This document shows positions 1-8,885 of a stretch of 30,786 bases of DNA, in pieces. Location: positions 1-30,786 of IMG/VR virus record IMGVR_UViG_3300005611_000135; one strand, 5' to 3'. The position numbers were made by a program, and so were the translations under genes. Below the pieces are notes generated by a model. That model saw only the letters and a list, made by a program, of their open reading frames with translations, ran no database searches and was not told where the DNA came from. How positions within the stretch are numbered: the first letter of the stretch is position 1; each line of letters begins with the position of its first letter. Source of the stretch: a virus (Duplodnaviria > Caudoviricetes).

Positions 1-77
1 CGGGCATACTCATTTTGAGTAGCGCTTTTGAAATCTAAAGAGGCACCGCTTCCGTTACTGTAGGATTGATAAATGCT
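1..77 (+). repeat. Left terminal inverted repeat (77 bp, perfect)
   Basis: Bases 1-77 are the exact reverse complement of 30710-30786; first mismatch at position 78. Contains palindrome TACTCA-TTT-TGAGTA (7-21). Confidence 0.97.
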
Positions 78-477
78 GACCGTATTCCTCAACAATGCGC
101 TTGAGGTAGTTAGTCCTTACGTGCGTCCATACGTAGTATTTCTCTTTACCGTCTGTGGTTCTGTAGAATCCCTGTATAAACCCACCTTCCCACTTCTCGT
201 AATAGTGCACGTTCCATACGGGCTTAGGTGACACAACGATATTGAGTATGGCGTTTTCGTCGTCGATATTTAGGACGTCATATTCGTTCTTTGAAGTATC
301 TTCATACCTGTCGCCTACTACCAATTCTACTCGTATGCCCTCTGCATATTTAATAAGACCCTTGCAAACTTCTACAGCCTGTCCTTCATCGTTTTCACAG
401 CGTAATGTGAGAGGGTCTTTAGGCATTGAAGCCTTCGCTCTTGTAACTATCTCCTTAAACAACCGTTCGTTTTTCAT
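55..477 (-). CDS. Hypothetical protein; last codons lie inside the inverted repeat
   Basis: 140 aa ORF, ATGA overlap with upstream gene, last in a tightly packed leftward operon. Confidence 0.75.
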   Translation of the reverse strand: MKNERLFKEIVTRAKASMPKDPLTLRCENDEGQAVEVCKGLIKYAEGIRVELVVGDRYEDTSKNEYDVLNIDDENAILNIVVSPKPVWNVHYYEKWEGGFIQGFYRTTDGKEKYYVWTHVRTNYLKRIVEEYGQHLSILQ

Positions 478-761
478 ACTATTTGCAGGTATTTATAGAT
501 TGGCTGATTTACGCCCATATAGGCGCCTGCTATGTTGTATGAAAAATACTCGTGAGCATCTTCACGGGTCATACCGTCACGGTTCATTAGTATGTCGATA
601 ATTTTGTGGTAACTGTAAACGACCCTATAACCCGTGTGAGCATAAACGAGGCTATCAATCGCCTCGTCCATATCTGTCAATACGATTAACTCTTGCTCAA
701 CATCCATTTGCTCTAAATAATCTACGAGTAAGTCTGCGTTTGTTTTAGGAGCCTTGTTCAT
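474..761 (-). CDS. Conserved phage hypothetical protein
   Basis: 95 aa; motif VVYS..KII.ILM.RDGMT.EDA.EYF.YNI.GAY.G..P resembles a family common in aquatic phages. Confidence 0.8.
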   Translation of the reverse strand: MNKAPKTNADLLVDYLEQMDVEQELIVLTDMDEAIDSLVYAHTGYRVVYSYHKIIDILMNRDGMTREDAHEYFSYNIAGAYMGVNQPIYKYLQIV

Positions 762-987
762 CGGTATTGGTATATCTTGGTTTGAGGTTATCGACTACTT
801 TTTGCTTGCTCTTTGAGTTTTCGTGCATTACTGACATTGAATACTCTGCCGATATGTTAAGGCATACAGCATATCTTTGAGCGCTGTCGGGGTACTCTTC
901 ATTCATCGTGTCGTCCCTCATACACCTTTGGATAAACTCGTCTATAGTTTCATCTTCTACGTACTCTTGTGGTATTGGTAGTGGCAT
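745..987 (-). CDS. Small conserved phage protein (MP.P...E...FI.RCM...EYPD..QR.AVC family)
   Basis: 80 aa; motif recalled from small proteins/domains near phage packaging and head genes; function unknown. Confidence 0.75.
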   Translation of the reverse strand: MPLPIPQEYVEDETIDEFIQRCMRDDTMNEEYPDSAQRYAVCLNISAEYSMSVMHENSKSKQKVVDNLKPRYTNTDEQGS

Positions 988-988
988 A

Positions 989-1462
989 TTACATCTCCAA
1001 TTTTAGTTGTGGTGTTTGGTATGTCCCTATTGTTTTGTCAACCGCATCTATTCGCGCCTGTAGTGAATTTAGACGCCCTATAAGACCTTGCCTATATGTA
1101 AGTAACTCTTCTTTGGTTTGAGCGTAAGCATAGCCCTTACTTGTACCAATCAGGTATGGCAAGTGCCCATTTGTGTGCAACCAATGTATGATTTTTCGCA
1201 CCCTCGGGGCTGACAATGATTTTTCACCAATCCTTTCTTGGATTTCGGGGTTTGAAATTGTACCACCGTCCCTGAAAACGTTTACTATTAGCACATATAC
1301 CTTGCGAGCGATTCGCTTCTCTTTCTCGGTTAACTCGTATGTTATTTCCTCAAATCCTTTAATCATATCGTCCTCGTATTCGTATTGTTGTAGTTGATAG
1401 TTGAAGGGGCAACAGCCATCTTCCGATGAATACGCCCCACAGCACTGTATTAGTTTGTCCAA
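989..1462 (-). CDS. Winged helix-turn-helix protein (start may be the internal Met of MIKGFEEIT)
   Basis: FEEITYELT...PRVRKIIHWL...IGTSKGY pattern: helix-turn-helix plus wing, then a coiled helix; resembles Bacteroidota phage proteins. Confidence 0.7.
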   Translation of the reverse strand: MDKLIQCCGAYSSEDGCCPFNYQLQQYEYEDDMIKGFEEITYELTEKEKRIARKVYVLIVNVFRDGGTISNPEIQERIGEKSLSAPRVRKIIHWLHTNGHLPYLIGTSKGYAYAQTKEELLTYRQGLIGRLNSLQARIDAVDKTIGTYQTPQLKLEM

Positions 1463-1647
1463 GATTTTACGTTTATGAAGTTTTTTAAGTCAACATAAAG
1501 TTTTTCTAAATCCTGTTTCTCTCGTGTATAGTCCTCATACAAATCTTCCCATTGTTCAGGCTTTTTACACAAACACAAACGTTCTACACACCTCGCAAAA
1601 GCGTCTAACTTTTCTGATATATACTTATTTGGGCTTTCCTTTTCCAT
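1450..1647 (-). CDS. Hypothetical protein
   Basis: 65 aa ATG ORF overlapping both neighbours in the operon. Confidence 0.6.
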   Translation of the reverse strand: MEKESPNKYISEKLDAFARCVERLCLCKKPEQWEDLYEDYTREKQDLEKLYVDLKNFINVKSWTN

Positions 1648-1972
1648 AACAGGGGTTCCATTGATAAAGGTTTATGAAATAGCCTGATGTTTCGGACACG
1701 GTTTTACCGCTAACCAAAAGAACAGGCGGGTTGCCATATTCATCTACATATCTTGATTCCTCAAGAACAAACTTAGATAAGAGGCTTCTTGCGTATGTAG
1801 GGCTACAATCGCATTTATTTACGACATCTTCTGCGCTGACCCATTTACTGTTTTTCACGATATTGAGCACCTTGGAAGTTGTGCTTTCGCCATTCATTCT
1901 ACGTATTCGCTTGTATTTGGCTTGCTCAAATTTCGACATAAGGTGTACTTCATTTTCCATTTTCTGCCTCAA
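1625..1972 (-). CDS. Putative wHTH DNA-binding protein
   Basis: KVLNIVKNSKWVSAEDVVNKCDCSPTYARSLLSKF fits HTH spacing. Confidence 0.6.
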   Translation of the reverse strand: MRQKMENEVHLMSKFEQAKYKRIRRMNGESTTSKVLNIVKNSKWVSAEDVVNKCDCSPTYARSLLSKFVLEESRYVDEYGNPPVLLVSGKTVSETSGYFINLYQWNPCYGKGKPK

Positions 1973-2768
1973 GGTTAGTGTTTTTCGGGTTCAATTCAAC
2001 GCCCCTATGCTTCGCTTGGTGCATTAAAGCGCTATATAAGTTTTCAAGTATTTTTTCGTCCATTTCAGCCTCAAGGTTGTAGTGCCATAAGAGGGCTGTG
2101 GCTCCCTCAAACAACTTTACATCTTCCATTGGGTACTGCGTCTGTCCGTGATGCGTCACTATAATTGACGGGTCATAATAGATTTTGAAACCCGCTTCTC
2201 TTGCCAAGTGGCAAAAGTAATAATCTTCAGACAAGTACCTTCCATTTACTACACCGACGCCAAAATAATCATAGTACCCCGACTTCAATTCAGGTTCGTC
2301 ATTCTCTCTTTTGAACTTTCGCTCAGGAAACTTCTCACGAATTTTCTCAAAAACGCTACGATGAATCATCATAAAACCTGTGCCAATTTCACGCATTACT
2401 TGAAGGTTGCCTTCTTGCTCGACGAAACTATTACTTACGGGTTGATAGGGAAGTGTTTTTTTGAGATAAATTCCACCAATGACACCCTTTTCTTGTGCCC
2501 TCAACATATTGATTTGCTCGGGTGCAAATGTGATGTCGCTATCAATAAACATCAAATACTCACAATCTGAGGATAAAAAATAGCCCGTCACTTTATTTCT
2601 TGCCCTACTTACAAGGCTGTCCCCGTTCATAAACTGCACTTTTTCCACGCAGATAGCGGGATTGAACAGTGAATAGTTTATGGCGTTCATTGCTTGGACA
2701 AGAGCCTTCCCGTCGTAACAAGGATAGCCTATCATTACGTCTTTTATGATTTGGGTTTTACTTTTCAT
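1950..2768 (-). CDS. Glycosyltransferase, GT-A fold (GT2-like)
   Basis: SLVSRARN, YLMFIDSDI (DxD), GTGFMMIHRSVFEK and YLSEDYYFC motifs. Confidence 0.88.
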   Translation of the reverse strand: MKSKTQIIKDVMIGYPCYDGKALVQAMNAINYSLFNPAICVEKVQFMNGDSLVSRARNKVTGYFLSSDCEYLMFIDSDITFAPEQINMLRAQEKGVIGGIYLKKTLPYQPVSNSFVEQEGNLQVMREIGTGFMMIHRSVFEKIREKFPERKFKRENDEPELKSGYYDYFGVGVVNGRYLSEDYYFCHLAREAGFKIYYDPSIIVTHHGQTQYPMEDVKLFEGATALLWHYNLEAEMDEKILENLYSALMHQAKHRGVELNPKNTNLEAENGK

Positions 2769-3081
2769 TTACATTCCACTTTATTTTAAGATTTATATTA
2801 AGGTTCTTGTCACCGTATTGCTTTTGCAGGTGGTCATTAAGCGCCTTTTCTACCGCTTTTTGAATTGTTTCCACATCGTTGTCTTGCCCTGTTTTCGATA
2901 CTATTTGTGACATAACGTAATATGGAGCCACCAAACCGCTGTAACTTTCGTTCAAGTCCATTGCAATCTGATAGTATTCGTTAAAACGCTCTTCATTTTT
3001 TGCTTTTTCTTCAATTTCCATAAGCACAGGCATTACGATTAGGGTTGCTAATAACGATAGTGTTAGGTATATGCTGTTCAT
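2758..3081 (-). CDS. Putative terminase small subunit (Sf6 gp1-like, degenerate HTH)
   Basis: SLL..MP-x14-F-x3-Y-x2-A, AL-x7-YGDK and terminal IKW match the spacing I recall for Sf6-type TerS. ATG 3081 preferred because TTG 3141 lies in the predicted promoter. Confidence 0.5.
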   Translation of the reverse strand: MNSIYLTLSLLATLIVMPVLMEIEEKAKNEERFNEYYQIAMDLNESYSGLVAPYYVMSQIVSKTGQDNDVETIQKAVEKALNDHLQKQYGDKNLNINLKIKWNVNEK

Positions 3082-3112
3082 ATTCCGTATGTTTGTTTCG
3101 TTTACCGACGCT

Positions 3113-3141
3113 AATATATATGTTTTCAACACGAATTGCAA
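3113..3141 (-). promoter_or_regulatory. Sigma70-like promoter for the left operon
   Basis: Minus strand TTGCAA-17 nt-TATATT, about 30 nt upstream of ATG 3081. Confidence 0.55.
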
Positions 3142-3158
3142 ACAGATAACATAAGTTT

Positions 3159-4436
3159 ATGCCATTAGAATATACTCTTAGCCCGTATCAGGACGATTTT
3201 ATCAATAGCGATAAGCGAATAGTTTCTATCGTAGGGGCGAAAGGGAGTAGTAAGACGTGGTGTGGGGCGCGTTTTACTGCGGTTCAGGCAATAACTCAAC
3301 CAAACTCGCAAGGCTTGGTGATGGCAAACAGCCGACAGCAGATACTTGATATTTTTGAGCAGGACATTCGACCCTTGCTTGAAGAGTTGAATTGGACATA
3401 CAGTTTTAACGGTCAACTTCTCAAACTGACGATATTTAATACAGTAGTACATTTGCGAAGTGCTGACCCTGACGCGGTAAAAAAGATTGAGTCCATTACA
3501 TATCATTGGGGTTGGGCGGACGAGGCATCGTATTATGACCCCGAAACCTTAAAGACATTCTTCTCAAGAATTAGAAAAGGAAAAAAACTTGCACGAATAA
3601 CGTCTATGCCTGACGAACCCGACCACACAATGTACCCATTTCTTGAGCAGTTAGTCGCAAATTTTGATGGCTCGCTGTACGAAATAGGGCTGATGGACAA
3701 CCCCGACAAACAGTTTGTTAATGACTATGTGAAAATACTTAAGTCCACCTATTCAGGCGCTCAGTTAGAAAGATTTCTGTATGGAAAGAGAGTTTCCCTT
3801 GAAGGAGAGGGATTATTCCGTGTAGAAAGCGAGATGCGTGGCGACTATAAATATGACCCTGAAGATGAACTATTACTGTGTTGGGACTTTAATGTGGAGT
3901 ATAGAGCGGTGAGCGCTTGGCAGAAAATGGGTTACAACAAAGAGGGCAAAACAATAATTGCTTGCGTAAAATCTTGGCAGTTAAAAGAAGCAACTGTATA
4001 TGAAGATGCAATTTTGTTATGTGATTACCTTTCTAATCATAAAAATACTATATTCCTGCAAGGTGATGCGAGTGGTGAGAATAGGTCTGCGCAGGCGACT
4101 ACAAGTATGTGGAAAATGATACGTGATGTTTTCTACGATAAATTTGATGATGTGCGTTTTGTAGTGCCATCAAAAAACCCCCCTGTCAAAGATACAATTC
4201 AATGCGTAAATTGGGCGCTATCAGAAAGTCTTGTATATTTTGATAAGGCGGAACGTAATGTATATATGAGTCTGCAGGCAATAAAGGCTGATAAATATGG
4301 TGAAATTGACAAAAGCATTGATTACAGAAACAGCACAAGCGCAAGAACCCACGAAGCAGATACTGCAAGGTATGCTATATGGCACTTTTACAAAAACGTT
4401 TGGGCAGGTAGAAGAGGGGGCTTCTTTATAGTATGA
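3159..4436 (+). CDS. terL: Terminase large subunit
   Basis: PYQ Q-motif, variant Walker A GAKGSSKT, Walker B WGWADEA, RNase H-like CWDFN, GDASG and HEADTARY motifs; directly precedes portal. Confidence 0.92.
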   Translation: MPLEYTLSPYQDDFINSDKRIVSIVGAKGSSKTWCGARFTAVQAITQPNSQGLVMANSRQQILDIFEQDIRPLLEELNWTYSFNGQLLKLTIFNTVVHLRSADPDAVKKIESITYHWGWADEASYYDPETLKTFFSRIRKGKKLARITSMPDEPDHTMYPFLEQLVANFDGSLYEIGLMDNPDKQFVNDYVKILKSTYSGAQLERFLYGKRVSLEGEGLFRVESEMRGDYKYDPEDELLLCWDFNVEYRAVSAWQKMGYNKEGKTIIACVKSWQLKEATVYEDAILLCDYLSNHKNTIFLQGDASGENRSAQATTSMWKMIRDVFYDKFDDVRFVVPSKNPPVKDTIQCVNWALSESLVYFDKAERNVYMSLQAIKADKYGEIDKSIDYRNSTSARTHEADTARYAIWHFYKNVWAGRRGGFFIV

Positions 4437-5641
4437 GTTTTCTTGACAGATTTCGTAGAAAGAAAAATTACTTGCCTTCGCGTAGTTGGAACGCTTTGTT
4501 GTCAGGCGATGGCGTTTGGATGCAAAACGCGTGGAATAAGAGGTTAATTATTGAGCAAGCGTATCAACGTAATGCTCCTTTTTATTCAGCGGTCAACATA
4601 TTGACGCAGGCTATTGTAGAAATGCCGATTGAGGTTGAGTATGAATCAAACGGTAAGATGGGCGTTACAGATAGACACCCTATTCTTAATATGCTTGAGC
4701 GTGGTTGCACAAGACAGGAGTTTATCGAGCGATACGTTATGTATTACTTGGTGACGGGCGAAACGTTTGCAGAAATTGTGTGGTCGTCTGACAACCGCCC
4801 TCTTGGTCTTATCTCCTTGCCTTCACAAAATATGGTTGTTGTTCAGGGTGATGAATACAGACCAATCAAAAAATATATCTACAATGGCACAAAACAGATT
4901 CCCTTTATGCCTGAAAGCATTGTGCATTTATACAGACCCTCTTTAAGCAATTATTTTGAATCATTAAGTCCCGCAATACCGTTGCAGGAACTTATAGCGC
5001 TTCAGAACTCGGCTGTTACTTGGAACAAAAATGTTGCGCAACAAGGTGGCGTGCCCCCAATCATCGCCATTGCTGAAGGATTGGATAAAAGCGACGCGGA
5101 ACGATTGCGTAAAGATTGGGAATCACAGTCGGGTTCTAACAATTCCCACAGGCTAAAGTTTGTAGGAGCGCAACTAAAACTTGAGAAGATGAATATGACC
5201 CCTCACGATGCAGAGTGGGGCGATGCCATACTTACAAGTATGCGAATGATTTTTATGGCGATGGGCGTTTCGTCATCGTTGATGAATGACGCGGGCAACA
5301 AAACATACAACAACGTACACGACTCGAGGAAAGCACTATACAATGAGGGCGCTATACCTATAGCGAAACGGGTGTATAGTAGCATAACGCAGAAACTATC
5401 GAAGTATTATGCTGATAACCCAAGAATACGGGTGAAAACCGACAGTATTCTTGCGATTCAGGAAGATAGAAAAGACACAATCGAAAGACTTGTGTCTGCT
5501 GTGCAGGCAGGAATTATGTCGGCAAATGAAGCCCGAAAAGAACTTGGTTTGCCTAAAAAGAGTGAGGATGGAGCAGACGACCTGAAACGAACAGGCTCTT
5601 CAGCGCCACCACCACAACCAAACGTTATCCCTAATGGCTGA
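4433..5641 (+). CDS. HK97-family portal protein
   Basis: HPILNML, YLVTGETF, QSGSNNSHR, TYNN and GIMSANEARKELGLP motifs; 402 aa; follows TerL. Confidence 0.93.
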   Translation: MSFLDRFRRKKNYLPSRSWNALLSGDGVWMQNAWNKRLIIEQAYQRNAPFYSAVNILTQAIVEMPIEVEYESNGKMGVTDRHPILNMLERGCTRQEFIERYVMYYLVTGETFAEIVWSSDNRPLGLISLPSQNMVVVQGDEYRPIKKYIYNGTKQIPFMPESIVHLYRPSLSNYFESLSPAIPLQELIALQNSAVTWNKNVAQQGGVPPIIAIAEGLDKSDAERLRKDWESQSGSNNSHRLKFVGAQLKLEKMNMTPHDAEWGDAILTSMRMIFMAMGVSSSLMNDAGNKTYNNVHDSRKALYNEGAIPIAKRVYSSITQKLSKYYADNPRIRVKTDSILAIQEDRKDTIERLVSAVQAGIMSANEARKELGLPKKSEDGADDLKRTGSSAPPPQPNVIPNG

Positions 5642-7220
5642 AACATTTACAGATTACCCCGAAAGTGCCTCTAACAACGCGAAGCGTGCTATACGTATTA
5701 AAGAAGAAAACGATATAGGGTGCGGGACTAAGGTTGGATGGACTCGGGCAAGACAACTTGCCAACAAAGAGGCTATCACGTTAGAAACTGTTCGAAGGAT
5801 GGCAAGTTTTAACAGGCACAGGCAAAATAGCAAAGGCGACCCAAAAGAAGATTGTGGGGCGCTTATGTGGTTGGCTTGGGGCGGGACATCAGGCATAAAT
5901 TGGGCAATCAAAAAATCCGAAAGTTACAAATCAATGAACTCTACTAAAGCCGAAGAACTCTTCAATCAAATTAAAGACTTTGCCGAAAAGCAAGGCGACG
6001 CAATGATGGACTACAACCTCAACGACACTGTAAGGTTGTCTGACGATGCAGGCAATCAAGTCGTTGGCATTGTTGAAAACGTCGATAAAGGCGTATATGA
6101 CGTGCGTGTTATGGCTCAAGCGGGCGATATGTTCGAGCCTACCGATACCGTCCTTTATCGCTTCTCTGATGAACTTGAACCCTACCGTGAACCCCAAGAA
6201 ACCGAAGAGAACGATGATACTGAAGAAACTGAAGAGATGGCAGAGTCATTTGATAATGAAGATGGAGATACTCCGAATCAATCTACAGATGAAGAAGCAG
6301 AGGATGGACAAGGAGTTGATGCAGGAGAAGAAGAGGCGGAGAATTCAGAGGAATCAGAAGATGATGAATCAGAAACTGAAGAAACTGAAGTAGAAGAGCC
6401 TGAAGAGGAATCTTCCGAGGAAATGGAAGAGGACGAAGAAGAGGACGAAGAAGAGGACGAAGAAGAGGACGAAGAAGATGACGAAGAAGAAGTGCCTCTA
6501 AAAAAAGGTATGACCGTTTCTTGGCGCAGTAGAGCGGGTGTAACGTATGGCAAACTAATTGACGACAAAGGAAACGTAGAGGTTTATGTCAAAAACGACA
6601 ACGTTTACACACCAACGACAATCGTTGTAAAACATAAACTTAGCAACCTCAAACCTGCGAGCATAGACATCAAAGACCGCGCTTTTCAAATCTTGTGCGA
6701 ACTAAAAGAAATGGACGTGGAAGTTGACGAGTCGAAAAACGTGGCTGTCATCACGGGAATAGCCTCTTCATACGGTCAGGTGGACTTGGGGGGTGATACA
6801 GTGGCTAAAGGCGCCTATAAACAGACTCTATACCACAAGGGGGGCAAGGTTAAGTTGTTTAATGACCACAAGTGGAAGATGTCTGACCTTGTTGGTCTTG
6901 CTTATCTTGAAGATGGCGAAGAAGGCTTGATGATGAAAGCAGAAATGCCACTTGAAGTACCTGAAGCAAGCAATACATATAAAATGATTAAATTTATGCT
7001 TGACCGTGAAGAAAAAGTAGGACTATCTATAGGCTACAACACGGTCAAAGCAGATTACAATGATGATGGCACAAGAGTATTGAAAGAGTTATCATTACAG
7101 GAAATTAGCGTGACTCCATTTCCAATGGACACACACGCCAACATTTTAGAAGCCCGAATCAAACGCATACAATACAAGTCGATGCAAGAAGATTGGGCGA
7201 CTATTACTGATGCGCCCTAA
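5634..7220 (+). CDS. Multidomain HK97-type prohead protease
   Basis: C-terminal domain with GIASSYGQVDLGGD, LFNDH, GLSIGY, EISVTPFPM; long N-terminal extension with an acidic tract. Confidence 0.9.
   Translation: MAETFTDYPESASNNAKRAIRIKEENDIGCGTKVGWTRARQLANKEAITLETVRRMASFNRHRQNSKGDPKEDCGALMWLAWGGTSGINWAIKKSESYKSMNSTKAEELFNQIKDFAEKQGDAMMDYNLNDTVRLSDDAGNQVVGIVENVDKGVYDVRVMAQAGDMFEPTDTVLYRFSDELEPYREPQETEENDDTEETEEMAESFDNEDGDTPNQSTDEEAEDGQGVDAGEEEAENSEESEDDESETEETEVEEPEEESSEEMEEDEEEDEEEDEEEDEEDDEEEVPLKKGMTVSWRSRAGVTYGKLIDDKGNVEVYVKNDNVYTPTTIVVKHKLSNLKPASIDIKDRAFQILCELKEMDVEVDESKNVAVITGIASSYGQVDLGGDTVAKGAYKQTLYHKGGKVKLFNDHKWKMSDLVGLAYLEDGEEGLMMKAEMPLEVPEASNTYKMIKFMLDREEKVGLSIGYNTVKADYNDDGTRVLKELSLQEISVTPFPMDTHANILEARIKRIQYKSMQEDWATITDAP
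6426..6485 (+). repeat. 12-bp coding tandem repeat GAAGAGGACGAA x5 (EEDE)
   Basis: Four perfect copies plus one with a single mismatch. Confidence 0.92.
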
Positions 7221-7285
7221 GGCAATCAAACGAACAAGGCGATTATCACTTGTCGTATAATTCATAACATAAAATCCGTAAAACA

Positions 7286-8473
7286 ATGGCTAATGCAGTT
7301 AAAGATTGGCGTAACGCGGTTGCCGAACTCAAGGAACTAACAGTTGACCGACTGAATAGTGTCGAAGAGAAAGGCGCGGAGTATAAAGAGAAACTTGAGC
7401 GAATCAATGCAAAACTTGATGAACTTGAATTTTCTGCAAAAACTTCCACCGCGGGTTCGCCTGAAGTAAAAAGCAATGAAACAGTAAACGAGTTTAAGGA
7501 TGCGTTTGTGCGATTCGCTCGCAAAGACCGACAAGAACTCGCGAGAACTGAAGTGAAGTCAACCTACCACCCTTCAATGACAAAGAACGCCAATATGGTA
7601 CGCTTTGATATTGCAGGAGCAGGTGCTCTCCTTCTGCCCGCACAGATTAGCGAAGAAATCATCAAGAACGTTGTTGAAAGCACACCTGCTATGCAACTTG
7701 CAAGAGTTACACAGACAGACCGCTCAGAATACAAACGACGCGCCCGCACAAGCACTCCTGGGGGTCAATGGCTTGGTGAAACCGCAGAATCAACAAAAGG
7801 TAAGCCTCTCTACAAAGAAATCACTATCACCCCGCACAAATGGGCATCTTCTTATGGTATGTCTATTGAGCAGGAGCAAGATACAGGCTACAATCTTGTA
7901 GCAGAAATTACCCAAGCGTTTGGAGAAGATTTCGCAGTCGATATGGGTGGCGCGTTCCTGAATGGTGACGGTGTGCAAAAACCAACGGGTCTTGCTGACA
8001 ATGTTGGAACTTTCACAACGGGTGGCGCAGAACTTACCGCAAGCGACCTTATTCGTGCGCAGGAAAGCCTTAAGGAAACATATCAAAATAGTGGCTCTTG
8101 GCTGTTCACACGAACTGCACGAGCAGGTATCAGAACCCTTTTCCTGTCAAGCGCAAGTGCGTCTTTGCAGTATCTGTGGGAGCCTGATTTCACTCGTAAG
8201 AGTCCTACTTTGCTTCTTGGCTCACCTGTGTTTATCGCACGTGAAGGCGACCTTGCGGGAGCAAACGACAATCAATACACAACAGGCAACAAGATTGCAG
8301 TCTATGGCGATTTCGCACAAGGCTACGAAATTGTGATGCGTACTGATATGTATATGATTGACGACCCATACAGCAACGCTTCATCTTTTGAGCGTGATTT
8401 CCATCTTATGACCCGAGTCGGTGGTGGAGTAATCAAGCCCGAAGCATTGACAACTATAGTCGCAGGCTCTTAA
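7286..8473 (+). CDS. HK97-fold major capsid protein
   Basis: Coiled-coil delta domain, GALLLPAQISEEII, WLGE, AFLNGDGVQKPTGL, LLGSPV, YGDFAQGY, RVGGGV. Confidence 0.96.
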   Translation: MANAVKDWRNAVAELKELTVDRLNSVEEKGAEYKEKLERINAKLDELEFSAKTSTAGSPEVKSNETVNEFKDAFVRFARKDRQELARTEVKSTYHPSMTKNANMVRFDIAGAGALLLPAQISEEIIKNVVESTPAMQLARVTQTDRSEYKRRARTSTPGGQWLGETAESTKGKPLYKEITITPHKWASSYGMSIEQEQDTGYNLVAEITQAFGEDFAVDMGGAFLNGDGVQKPTGLADNVGTFTTGGAELTASDLIRAQESLKETYQNSGSWLFTRTARAGIRTLFLSSASASLQYLWEPDFTRKSPTLLLGSPVFIAREGDLAGANDNQYTTGNKIAVYGDFAQGYEIVMRTDMYMIDDPYSNASSFERDFHLMTRVGGGVIKPEALTTIVAGS

Positions 8474-8488
8474 AAAAGGAGAATAATT

Positions 8489-8881
8489 ATGGCATCATTT
8501 GATTTCGCAAATAAGAGTGCATACACATTTATTCAAGCAGGCACAGTCACAGCCAATGTGCAAGTTGTCGCGCTTGATACGCAAGGTTATGAAGGCGTAG
8601 CCTACGTTGCTTCCGTAGCAACAAGTAACCTAAGTGGCTCAAACCCTCTGAGTCTTTCTTTCCTCGAAGGGGATGACACCAACATCTCTAACGCAACTGC
8701 AATCCCTGCAGAGCGGGTTATCACTAATCCAAGCATTAACGCATCAAACACCGCTTTTACAGCGAGCGTTGTGCCTTTCAAGCGATACCTGTTTGCAACT
8801 TGTAACATTAGCGCACCTGTTTCTGCGAATGTTCATTTTGTCGGAGCGTTAGGATATCCACATTCCTCGCCCACGCAGTAA
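8489..8881 (+). CDS. Probable capsid decoration/cement protein
   Basis: Follows MCP, strong AAGGAG RBS, beta-rich, LDTQGYE and KRYL motifs; followed by a terminator. Confidence 0.65.
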   Translation: MASFDFANKSAYTFIQAGTVTANVQVVALDTQGYEGVAYVASVATSNLSGSNPLSLSFLEGDDTNISNATAIPAERVITNPSINASNTAFTASVVPFKRYLFATCNISAPVSANVHFVGALGYPHSSPTQ

Positions 8882-8885
8882 CCTC

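Noticed and set aside
1-77. Transposon/IS terminal inverted repeats
   Set aside because: No transposase or recombinase recognised; flanks are not visible so target duplication cannot be assessed.
6426-6485. Repeat array as possible CRISPR
   Set aside because: Contiguous 12-bp in-frame units with no spacers; encodes EEDE.
6278-6568. Poly-Ser ORF on the minus strand
   Set aside because: Antisense shadow of the Glu/Asp tract; likewise the other overlapping opposite-strand ORFs in the track.
7256-7261. TATAAT upstream of the capsid gene as a promoter
   Set aside because: No recognisable -35 at suitable spacing; a lone hexamer in AT-rich DNA is weak evidence.
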